From: Macrostomum hystrix
Lineage: Eukaryota > Animalia > Platyhelminthes
Length of the DNA stretch: 64,000 nucleotides
Assembly (NCBI GenBank): GCA_950097015.1
Contig: CATNEN010000025.1
Location: 1,798,001 to 1,862,000 of the forward strand
Reading direction: 5' to 3'
Both the position numbers and the translations under genes were made by a program. The notes beneath the pieces are model-generated. The model was not told where the DNA came from. It did not search any database and was given only the letters and a program-made list of their open reading frames with translations. Positions 37,255 through 49,076 of this stretch are shown here, one piece after another (position 1 is the stretch's first letter; each line of letters begins with the position of its first letter).

Positions 37255-38880
37255 ATGACATTTCGAGTCTATGAAATTCCTAGGTTATGAAACTCCTAGG
37301 TTATGAAATTCCTAGGTTATGAAACTCCTAGATTATGAAATTCCTAGATTATGAAATTCCTAGATTATGAAATTCCGAGTTCAGGAAATTCCTAGATTAT
37401 GAAATTCCGAGTTCAGGAAATTCCGAGATTATGAAATTCAGAGATAATGAAATTCATAGATTATGAAATTCAGAGATTATGAAATTCATAGATTATGAAA
37501 TTCAGAGATTATGAAATTCAGAGATTATGAAATTCCGAGTCTATGAAATTCCGAGTTTATGAAATTCAGAGATTATGAAATTCCGAGTTTATGAAATTCC
37601 TAGATTATGAAATTCCTAGATTATGAAATTCCTAGATTATGAAATTCCTAGATTATGAAATTCCTAGATTATGAAATTCCGAGATTATGAAATTCCTAGA
37701 TTATGAAATTCAGAGATTATGAAATTCAGAGATTATGAAATTCCTAGATTATGAAATTCCTAGATTATGAAATTCAGAGATTATGAAATTCAGAGATTAT
37801 GAAATTCAGAGATTATGAAATTCAGAGATTATGAAATTCCGAGATTATGAAATTCCTAGATTATGAAATTCCGAGTTCAGGAAATTCCTAGATTATGAAA
37901 TTCAGAGATTATGAAATTCCGAGTTTATGAAATTCCGAGTTTATGAAATTCCTAGATTATGAAATTCAGAGATTATGAAATTCCGAGTCTATGAAATTCC
38001 GAGTTTATGAAATTCAGAGATTATGAAATTCCGAGTTTATGAAATTCCGAGTTTATGAAATTCAGAGATTATGAAATTCCGAGTCTATGAAATTCCGAGT
38101 TTATGAAATTCCTAGATTATGAAATTCCTAGATTATGAAATTCCTAGATTATGAAATTCAGAGATTATGAAATTCCGAGTTTATGAAATTCAGAGATTAT
38201 GAAATTCCGAGATTATGAAATTCCGAGTTTATGAAATTCCGAGATTATGAAATTCCGAGATTATGAAATTCCGAGTTTATGAAATTCCGAGTTTATGAAA
38301 TTCCTAGATTATGAAATTCCTAGATTATGAAATTCCGAGATTATGAAATTCCTAGATTATGAAATTCAGAGATTATGAAATTCCTAGATTATGAAATTCC
38401 TAGATTATGAAATTCCGAGATTATGAAATTCCGAGTTTATGAAATTCCGAGATTATGAAATTCCTAGATTATGAAATTCCGAGTTTATGAAATTCCTAGA
38501 TTATGAAATTCCGACTTTATGAAATTCAAAGATTATAAAATTCCGAGTCTATGAAATTCCGAGTTTATGAAATTCCGAGATTATGAAATTCAGAGTCTAT
38601 GAAATTCCGAGTTTATGAAATTCCGAGATTATGAAATTCAGAGATTTTGAAATTCAGAGATTTTGAAATTCAGAGATTTTGAAATTCAGAGATTTTGAAA
38701 TTCAGAGATTTTGAAATTCAGAGATTTTGAAATTCAGAGATTTTGAAATTCAGAGATTTTGAAATTCAGAGATTTTGAAATTCAGAGATTTTGAAATTCA
38801 GAGATTTTGAAATTCAGAGATTTTGAAATTCAGACTTTATGAAATTCCGAGTTTATGAAATTCCAAGTTTATGAAATTTT
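37255..38880. repeat. Minisatellite, 16 bp unit ATTATGAAATTCC(TAG/GAG)
   Basis: About 100 copies with variant blocks; the last ~12 units are homogenised to GATTTTGAAATTCAGA. Confidence 0.97.
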
Positions 38881-38884
38881 TTGA

Positions 38885-38975
38885 GGGCCAACCTGCAAGG
38901 CACAGTGAAAGTGTATACTGCCTGACGATGAGAAAGTCAGGGCAGATGTACACACCTGGGTGTGTGCCTGCAGGA
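38885..38975 (+). mobile_element. SINE family A internal fragment
   Basis: GGGCCAACCTGCAAGGCACAGTGAAAGTGTATACTGCCTGACGATGAGAAAGTCAGGGCAGATGTACACACC matches the family A body. Confidence 0.7.
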
Positions 38976-40119
38976 AATTTCGTGTTTCATGAAACTTAAG
39001 GTTGGTAAAACTCAGTAAAATGTTCACCAAAGCAAGTTTTTCAATGTTTTTCATCTCTTCGAGGTTAAAAGTGAATAATACAGATGAACAAAAAATACTT
39101 GCCTAAAAAATAAAAAAGCTGATAAGATTCCATAGCAGCAATTAAATCGAAGCAAATCCAGTAGCCAAGTGGTGCTCGATTTTTTAAAATAAGTTTATGC
39201 GATCAAAACTCCTTAATTTCTGAAATGATTTTCTAGAAAGTCTCAGCGTGTCACACCGCTTGTCTCTGGGCTAGAATCTAGACTCTAGAAAAATGATTGT
39301 ATATAAACAGGCGCCCAACAACGAATGGTCGGGCAATTGTAAAAGATTGGGGTTGGCAGCCGTGGGGTGGTGGGGGGCCAGTTAGAGGCTTGGGTCACGT
39401 GAAATAACTTGGATTCGCCGCTCCAGGGTTTGCGGAGGGGGGTTTCGGAGTCTGGGGCGGTGGGGCGTTGAGTTTGGTGGACAGTGTCTAGAATGCGCGC
39501 ACAAACAGACACCCACCCCACCGCTACCGCTTCCCGACCAATGAGAATTGAGAGAATTCTCGCAGTCCCGACTTTTTGCCTCTTTTTTTAGCCGGCCTGT
39601 TGCGACACGCGCTGAAAATCTTTTGCACTTAAAATAATTTATGAAGAGCTTGCTGGCTTTTTATCCATCGATCTAATCTTTGCTTCTTGCGGTGTAAGTT
39701 ATAGTCTAGTCTTTCAAGAGGTACTGGTAGTGACGCAATCCGAATGCTAATGACTTTTTACTTAGCCTCCAGTTTTATTTCGCCATAGCAACGAGTGATA
39801 TCGAGCAAATATAATGTATTCTTTTACAGCAGGTTAGCTCGGATACCATATTTGAATTACTTACCTGACATTGAAAATGCTTTTAGAAGAAGATTTTTGT
39901 TTTGAAATAAAGTTTTACTGACCAATTTTGCGACTTTTAAGTTCTAGCGTACACAATTTATTATCATCCTTTCACAACATGACATAAAGAAACTATGCGG
40001 GCTTGTGTCTCTTATAGAATAAAAAAATGCATCAACTTTACATTCAGCATTCGTAACTTCGTATTTTGTTAGCTAACCGGGTTTCTAAGGGATAATTTGG
40101 AAGTCTTTCTGACACCTTG

Positions 40120-40345
40120 AACCTACTGACACCTCTGCACGCTGTCCTACTGAACCGATCATTCTGACACCCTGCTGTCCTGCTGACACTTCATGCTTTC
40201 CTGCTGACACCCTGCTGTCCTGCTGACACCCTGCTGTCCTGCTGACACCCTGCTGTCCTGCTGACACTTCATGCTTTCCTGCTGACACCCTGCTGTCCTG
40301 CTGACACCCTCCTGTTCTTCTGACACCCTGCTGTTTTGCTGACCC
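40120..40345. repeat. Minisatellite, ~19 bp unit CTGCTGACACCCTGCTGTC
   Basis: About 11 copies. Confidence 0.9.
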
Positions 40346-41954
40346 TCTACTATTCCGTATAGTTTTTTATATTGAACTTAGGTAAGCCTTTGATGCATTC
40401 ATCAGGCTGTCCAGGTTCAACCAGTTCTACTTTAAGTCAACATTGATGCAGAAGCAATGGTCACTGCAGTGTCAGGGAAACTCTTGGCATTTGATTATGC
40501 TGTTTCGCTCACATGCTGAATGCAGTATTTTAGGTCATATACCTGCTGCGCATGCAGCCATAAGAAGCGAATGCAAATTTCAGACAAGGGAGCTGCGCGC
40601 GCACTTTCGCAGTTCACAGCCGGTCTTGCGTACAACCAAACAAGCCAACCCCAAGCCTGACACTGCACAGTTACCCCAATACTGTGCGCCTTTTTCAATT
40701 CATGACTCATCCGGTGTCATACAGTCTGCAAGCTGAGACTATACTAACTGTACTCTCGTACTAACACACGTTTATATCTGTACGTGTCTCAACTGCACTA
40801 CTGTTGTGGCTTAGTGTCGCATGCAGACTGTGAGCAGTATCTATGAAATTCTCCAGCATTTCGTCTATGGACTTTTAAAATCGCTTGAAATGTGTATCGA
40901 AATGCGAGCTTGTTGTATATAGATTGAGTCACGTGGCAAATCCTATAGACACTCATACTCAATTCCCTTCTTCCCCCCAGGTTCATTGCGCCAACCTTGG
41001 ATTGTACGTCGATTCAAAACGGCTAACATTTCGATTTGCTACCGCCGAAACCAGTAAAATCAACGGATAAAAATATCTTGACAGTAAGTAGTCCATTGGC
41101 TACTTACCCTACTAATCAGTAGAGTGTTGCGAGCATATTTTGCAGAATTCTAGATTTTGTTTTAGTCACGTGTTTATTCGCTAAACCCTAATGTTTATTA
41201 ACTCCAACTAAAAGAAACTATTAAATGAAGTTTCGATTTCAAATTTATTAAGGATGTGACGTTTAACGAAAGTTTGGAGAATATGAAGCTTGGGAAAAAT
41301 AAGTTTAGGGAATATGAAGTTTAGGGAATTTTAAGCTTTGGGAATATGAGGCTTGGGAAATATGAAGTATTTTGATTCTGAGCTTAGCAAGGCGATAAAC
41401 GTGAGGTGGATAACATGAAATACAAGGTGCATAATTGACTATTGGGACGCGCAAACACACAATACTAATTCTCAGGCCAAACAAGCCAATCGTTTTACAG
41501 CTAACTGAGTAGTGTGGGGTGTGTGAGACGGGCGGAAGGGGCAAAGCATGAGGCGCACACACCCCGGACCTGCGGGATGGGCGGAGGGGAAATGGGAGAA
41601 GTGTCGCCGCTTCAAATGGGAGGAGCTGTTGTTGGTTTGTGGGATCTAGGGTTGGGGGTGGGTGGACGCCTCATCAAAGCAGAAGGCATTTTTCTATATA
41701 GGCAGAGTGACTGTTCAAGCATGCTCTGGTGGAGCTTTCCTAAGCTCAACTTGTCTCATTTCTTGTTTCTTGTTTCTAAAAGAGAAACAAAAGCTGACAG
41801 TGCTACAGCAGCTGGCGAACTTTACTGGGATTTTCTGGTGAGCTGGGTTGAGCAAACGTAAAATATTTCCAATAAAAGCACAGTTTTCCTTGTAGGAAAT
41901 TAATAAAAGAATAACGTTAACAATCAAATAAATGTCATTACAGACTACACAGGC

Positions 41955-42505
41955 TAGACTAGATAGGCTAGACTAGCAATGCACTCTATTCCATTACCAA
42001 TGGGCTAGACTAGCAATCCACTCTATTCCATTACCAATGGGCTAGACTAGCAATCCACTCTATTCCATTACCAATGGGCTAGACTAGCAATCCACTCTAT
42101 TCGATTACCAATGGGCTAGACTAGCAATCCACTCTATTCCATTACTAATGGGCTAGACTAGCAATCCACTCTATTCCGTTACCAATAGGGATCACTAGCA
42201 ATCCACTCTATTCCATTACTAATGGGATAGACTAGCAATCCACTCTATTCCATTACTAATGGGATAGACTAGCAATCCACTCTATTCCATTACCAATAGG
42301 CTTCACTAGCAATCCACTCTATTCCATTACCAATAGGCTTCACTAGCAATCCACTCTATTCCATTACCAATAGGCTTCACTAGCAATCCACTCTATTCCA
42401 TTACCAATAGGGATCACTAGCAATGCACTCTATTCCGTTACCAATAGGGATCACTAGCAATGCACTCTATTCCGTTACGAATGGGCCAGACTTACAATCC
42501 ATTCT
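41955..42505 (+). repeat. 37 bp minisatellite family, locus 3 (diverged unit CTAGACTAGCAATCCACTCTATTCCATTACCAATGGG)
   Basis: About 14 copies; the TAGCAATCCA.TCTATTCC...ATGGG core is shared with loci 1, 2 and 4. Confidence 0.92.
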
Positions 42506-42984
42506 TATGAATATTTAAGCTTTCTAACTCAATTGCTGCTGTGAAAATACGCTTTAAAAATGTCCTTTAAACTGATATTGGTTTCTAGTTGTTGCTTTGC
42601 TGTCCCAGAAGTATTTGTGTAGGACATTTTGTCGAGACCAATGAATAGAATAATATGCTTAATCTGAAGAAGGTGTCGAGTTTCATTGAGTTTTTAATCA
42701 ATATAGACATAGGATAAAAATTCACTTAAAAGGAAGTCAAGAAAAGTCAGGGGAAATGAGATCTGAAAATAGTTGGAGTGAGTAAGTGAGCAGTGAGCAA
42801 CTTTTGCCTGTTGAAACCGAAGCCAATGAAAAAGGCCAATGAAGGTGTGCTGCAGTATAGATTTGCACGCAGTGTTTGTTGTACTTGAAGGTGAGGGTAA
42901 TTGGAGTTGCATGAACTGCTGAATTATTCATTGACTGAACATTCCAAGCCCTTTGAAATTCCCGTATCGTCCGATTCCCAGATC

Positions 42985-43410
42985 GGCGATTTCCTAGATC
43001 GTCGAAGTCCCAGATTGTCGAATTCCAAGGTCGTCGAATTCCCCAATCGTCGAATTCCAAGGTCGTCGAATTCCCCAATCGTTGAGTTCCAAGGTCGTCG
43101 AATTCCCCAATCGTCGAATTCCAAGGTCGTCGAATTCCCAGATCGTCGAATTCCAAGGTCGTCAAATTCCCAGATCGTCGAATTCCAAGGTCGTCGAATT
43201 CCCCAATCGTCGAATTCCAAGGTCGTCGAATTCCAAGGTCGTCGAATTCCCCAATCGTCGAATTCCAAGGTCGTCGAATTCCCCAATCGTCGAATTCCAA
43301 GGTCGTCGATTTCCCCAATCGTCGAATTCCAAGGTCGTCGAATTCACAGATCAACGAATTCCCCAACCGTCGAATTCCCAGATCGTCAAATTCCAAGGTC
43401 GTCGATTTCT
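42985..43410. repeat. Minisatellite, 16 bp units TCGTCGAATTCC(CCAA/AAGG), alternating
   Basis: About 26 copies; explains ORFs 42737..43396, 42901..43554, 42924..43286 and 43082..43474. Confidence 0.95.
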
Positions 43411-43519
43411 CAGATCGAACTTTTTCTTCTGGTCTGGGGGCAAAAAAATTGCATTAGTAAATATACGAGCGTAGGAGTGACCTTGAGATTATTGTCTTTT
43501 TCGTTTTGCGTTTATTTCC

Positions 43520-45115
43520 ACAGGTTTGGCCTTCGAGCTGTCTGCCGCTGTTAGCTTTGTTGATATCCGACTGATCTCCAATGTCCTGCTCCTGCGGGCT
43601 GGGCACTTTGCCTAGATCTAGCCATCGTCGTCGGTCGTCCTATGCGCCGCTGCCGCACGCGATGCCAATGTCGGTAACTGGAGAGACAAACTGCTCCGCT
43701 GCGAACGATAGAATGCAAGCTTCGTCGTCTCTGGCTAGCGAATCGCTGCTCTGGGAGCCTGCCGGCACGACTCTGGTAATGAGCCACCTGTCTGAAGTCG
43801 GAACCTGTATTGTTGCGGAGACAGGGAGTGAGGTGGCTGTTGGAATGAGCGGAGGACAGGGATTGAGGTGGCTGTTGGAATGAACGGAGGACAGGGAGTG
43901 AGGTGGCTGTTGGAATGAACGGAGGACAGGGAGTGAGGTGGCTGTTGGAATGAACGGAGGACAGGGAGTGAGGTGGCTGTTGGAATGAGAGGGCGGCAGG
44001 GAGTGAGGTGGCTGCTGGAATGAGAGGATGGCAGGGAGTGAGGTGGCTGCTGGAATGAGAGGATGGCAGGGAGTGAGGTGGCTGCTGGAATGAGAGGATG
44101 GCAGGGAGTGAGGTGGCTGCTGGAATGAGAGGACGGCAGGGAGTGAGGTGGCTGCTGGAATGAGAGGGCGGCAGGGAGTGTGGTAGCTGCTGGAATGAGA
44201 GGACGGCAGGGAGTGAGGTGGCTGCTGGAATGAGAGGACGGCAGGGAGTGAGGTGGCTGCTGGAATGAGAGGGCGGCAGGGAGTGTGGTAGCTGCTGGAA
44301 TGAGAGGACGGCAGGGAGTGAGGTGGCTGCTGGAATGAGAGGGCGGCAGGGAGTGAGGTGGCTGCTGGAATGAGAGGACGGCAGGGAGTGAGGTGGCTGT
44401 TGGAATATAATTGTAGGAAGTGCCCTGCTGTCATTGAAAATACTACCGCATCTCTGCCTCAGCTGTCCCAGTGGCCGGCTGGCGCTCCACCCGAAGCCGG
44501 TCCCGAAGATCGACGCAATCAAAGCTGGCTGGCCAGCAGCGGTTCCCTGGTCGCGGCAAATAATTGTGCTTCCACAGCGGACAACTGCGGAGTAAGTGCT
44601 AGTTTTAGTCAAATTAAAAATCTACGCAGGGAGATAAGTTTTTATCAACTTCACGACGGTCAGTCCATGACAGAGCAAAGCTCCATCTTACAAAGCCCCC
44701 CAGCTTGTCACTCTTCGTCCCTGATATCCCTCCTGACCTAATCCACTGCAGCTCCTAATGCAGAGCTTCTAGATGCATGAAAGAAGCTTGTGGATAAAAT
44801 GCGGACACAAAATCCATCTAGGAAAGCCTAAAACACGAGATGCGACTCAAATTTGCCCTCTCTTCTTTTCTCCCTGTAGCTGCTCGATTCGAGTCGTGTC
44901 CCAGGGCATTCAAGGCCGATTTTCCAGTCCTCAGCCGACCAGATTTTAGCCAATTAATTACGGATTTTCCTATGCGAGTTGACCCTTCGGAAAACCGTTG
45001 AGAAACTGAAAAGAAAGCTTCGACCGAATATCCGACGGGATTTGGCGCCAGATTCTGCCCCGAAGTGGACGCTGATAACTTATGCCAATAATAGTACATT
45101 CGAACCTTGGTACTA
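43520..45115 (-). pseudogene. Possible decayed multi-exon gene (unassigned)
   Basis: Three GC-rich blocks (~45115-44640, ~44600-44450, 43807-43520) can be chained in one frame through AG/GT sites, but the ~300 codons carry five internal stops (TAG/TGA). No family is recognisable and alternative plus-strand readings exist. Confidence 0.25.
43828..44405. repeat. Minisatellite, 35 bp unit GGCAGGGAGTGAGGTGGCTGCTGGAATGAGAGGAC
   Basis: About 16 copies; explains the repetitive middle of ORFs 43551..44612, 43640..44434. Confidence 0.96.
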
Positions 45116-45164
45116 TTTAGTACTTATCCAATGAATAGACCTGTTTATTCAAACTGGCAGAATA

Positions 45165-45890
45165 CTGATTAGAAATCCATTCTATTCCTTCACAGATGGG
45201 TTAGACTAGCAATCCATTCTATTCCTTCACAGATGGGTTAGACTAGCAATCCATTCTATTCCTTCACAGATGGGTTAGACTAGCAATCCATTCTATTCCT
45301 TCACAGATGGGTTAGACTAGCAATCCATTCTATTCCTTCACAGATGGGTTAGACTAGCAATCCATTCTATTCCTTCACAGATGGGTTAGACTAGCAATCC
45401 ATTCTATTCCTTCACAGATGGGTTAGACTAGCAATCCATTCTATTCCTTCACAGATGGGTTAGACTAGCAATCCATTCTATTCCTTCACAGATGGGTTAG
45501 ATTAGCAATCCATTCTATTCCTTCACAGATGGGTTAGACTAGCAATCCATTCTATTCCTTCACAGATGGGTTAGATTAGCAATCCATTCTATTCCTTCAC
45601 AGATGGGTTAGATTAGTAATCCATTCTATTCCTTCACAGATGGGTTAGATTAGCAATCCATTCTATTCCTTCACAGATGAGTTAGATTAGCAATCCATTC
45701 TATTCCTTCACAGATGGGTTAGATTAGCAATCCATTCTATTCCTTCACAGATGAGTTAGATTAGCAATCCATTCTATTCCTTCACAGATGGGTTAGATTA
45801 GCAATCCATTCTATTCCTTCACAGATGGGTTAGATTAGCAATCCATTCTATTCCTTCACAGATGGGTTAGATTAGCAGTCCATTCATCTA
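45165..45890 (+). repeat. 37 bp minisatellite family, locus 4 (GACTAGCAATCCATTCTATTCCTTCACAGATGGGTTA)
   Basis: About 19 near-perfect copies; the unit differs from locus 1 by only 1-2 nt. Confidence 0.97.
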
Positions 45891-46254
45891 TTCAACGATT
45901 TTCAGTTAGTTGTCAATGAAGCCAAATTTGGCAAAGTACATGCACTTAGGCCACAATGGTCACGTGAATGCATCTTATACGAGCTTAGTATAAACGATTT
46001 CTCTCAGCTACCTTTCAGCTTCTGATTGTGATTCTATGCATGTAGTAAAGCAGTTCTAGTTTTTTTGGATTCCAGGGCCGAGTGTGACCAGTTTGAAGAG
46101 GATTCAGATGTACTAGTCAGCCACTAAGAAACTTTTGCGTGATAGGTTGAAGATTTTTTAGAAAGTACTCGTTCAGTATCTCATCAGCTCTAGTACGAGT
46201 ACGAGAAGTATTGATGAATGTCGATCTATATAATCTATTCTAGATCTATTCTAT

Positions 46255-47165
46255 GGAAGCCGTGAGGTGTCTGTCGAAGCAGTGTGGTTTCTAAGGAAGC
46301 AGTGAGGTTTCTTAGGAAGCAGTGAGGTTTCTAAGGAGGCAGTGAGGTTCCTATGGAAGCAGTGAGGTTTCTAAGGAGGCAGTGAGGTTTCTAAGGAAGC
46401 AGTGAGGTTCCTATAGAAGCAGTGAGGTTTCTAAGGAAGCAGTGAGGTTTCTAAGGAAGCAGTGAGGTTTCTATGGAAGCACTGGTTTCTATGGAAGCAA
46501 TAAGGTTTCTAAGGAAGCAGTGAGGTTTCTAAGCAAGTAGTGAGGTTTCTAAGGAAGCAGTGAGGTTTCTAAGGAAGCAGTGAGGTTTCTAAGGAAGCAG
46601 TGAGGTTTCTTAGGAAGCAGTGAGGTTTCTAAGGAAGCAGTGAGGTTCCTATGGAAGCAGTGAGGTTTCTAAGGAGGCAGTGAGGTTTCTGTGGAAGCAG
46701 TGAGGTTTCTATGGAAGCAGTGAGGTTTCTATGGAAGCAGTGAGGTTTCTAAGCAAGTAGTGAGGTTTCTAAGGAAGCAGTGAGGTTTCTAAGGAAGCAG
46801 TGAGGTTTCTAAGGAAGCAGTGAGGTTTCTTAGGAAGCAGTGAGGTTTCTTAGGAAGCAGTGAGGTTTCTAAGGAAGCAGTGAGGTTCCTATGGAAGCAG
46901 TGAGGTTTCTAAGGAGGCAGTGAGGTTTCTGTGGAAGCAGTGAGGTTTCTATGGAAGCAGTGAGGTTTCTATGGAAGCAGTGAGGTTTCTATGGAAGCAG
47001 TGAGGTTTCTATGGAAGCAGTGAGGTTTCTATGGAAGCAGTGAGGTTTCTATGGAAGCGAAGCAGTGAGGTTTCTATAGAAGCAGTGAGGTTTCTAAGGT
47101 AGCAGTGAGGTTTCTACGAGTAAGAATGCAGTGAGGTTTCTAAGAATGCAGTGAGGTTTCTAAGA
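46255..47165. repeat. Minisatellite, 20 bp unit GAAGCAGTGAGGTTTCTAAG
   Basis: About 45 copies. Confidence 0.97.
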
Positions 47166-48044
47166 TTCTCTACCTAAGGAGGGAGCTCGAGACGATGTGT
47201 ATACTTTAACAGTAGCTAGCGCTTATACAAGCTCATTAAACAGTCTTATTGTTTAATTAGCTGGTCAATAGTGTCCTTGCAGTATTATACAGGTTCATAT
47301 TTTATACATAGCCATCGTTGTTTGTTTAGTTCATTTGAGATTCCTCGTGTATCTCGCACTGGCTCTTAATGAGTTAAAAAGTAGCTATAAGCTTATAAAG
47401 AATTTTCTCCAGATGTTTGTCTAACTGAAGTGGATAATCCAATATCAATGCCAATTCTAGATTAAGGGCTTCCACTTGTCACATCATCTTTATTTATCAC
47501 TCCGCGTGGGTTGCAGAACAAATTACTTCAAATTAGCATGGTTTTGTATTTTCTTTGGCATCGAAGGCAAATATTATAACCATTTTGAATTGATTGTATG
47601 ACTAAAATTTAGATTTGGTAACCAATATGGATTCGCCATACTCATCAACATCTACCCGCACAATATCCCCCATCTGCAATTCCCTTTACCTGCACTTCTT
47701 TCTACTCTGAATAGGAGCTTTTGTTTTAAGGTTGGGAGTCAATCAAAGAAATCATTTGAGTCGGGCAAATTAAGGTTCAGCGCTGAATCAGTGATTGTTA
47801 AATGTAGGCCTATGCATTACACATCTACAAAAGTATCCTGTGTGTTGCTCACAAAATTGTCATTAAAAGTGCAGCGGCGAGATGGGAACACGGCATGCAA
47901 ACTGGCGCTGTATCGAGTTTCACCCAGAGCTGGAACGGAAAGAATTAGCTGAAACTGCTGCTCAGGGATTCAGAAACTCCGGATTAACAGATAAACACAC
48001 TGGTTGGGTGGAAACTAGTGCACTCCCGTAATGGTCTTCAGTTT

Positions 48045-48335
<291 letters not shown>

Positions 48336-48503
48336 GGTAGCCAGCTATCCAGTCACACAAACAATCTCATGGAACAAAGCTCAAAGGCTAAACAAGACAG
48401 TTTAGTTAAAAGCCTCGGAAATGCAATTCATTAGCTGAAGAACGACACCATGAGTGGGATGAGCCAGGGGAAAAGGAAACACTTAAAGGACTTGTGGTGG
48501 ATT

Positions 48504-48535
<32 letters not shown>

Positions 48536-49076
48536 TCAATGTGGGACCTGAATAGTCGCCATCTTCAGCTGTGCGGTCTGATGGCGCCAAGGCAACACAC
48601 ATTGTAGTAGAATGAATAAATAAGCCAACAAATGCAGGCACCCCTCGTAAGTGGCAGAGATGCGACTCAATTCAGCTTGAGTGGATTCCGCTGGAGTCTG
48701 AGTCCCGGTTTGGGGCGCCAAATGCGCATTGTCTAGCTGTTTTGTTTGCGTTTTCTTCTTCTCCCCTCCCTTGCCCTCGCATCCCCATTCTTTCCTTCCT
48801 CACTCCATCTTTCGGGGCACTCATCGCTCCAATGTAGTTATTTTCGTTCGATGAAGCGATGCTTACACTCGGTCATAGATATCTAGTATCTGGATAGACC
48901 ATAGACTATCATGCTGGGACCACGAAGCACACACCAATCAATATTTTATGCCATAGACAATGACACCATAAAATGTCTAACATAGACTAGTCTATGGCCA
49001 TAGACTACAGCACTTATAGCTAACGTCCATCATAGGACACAGATAATGTCCGTACCCTGAAAAAATTATTTTACAG

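Noticed and set aside
43520-46250. Alternative genetic code (TAG=Gln, TGA=Trp) explaining in-frame stops
   Set aside because: Neighbouring well-supported genes terminate at TAG, TGA and TAA normally; decay or consensus error is more parsimonious.
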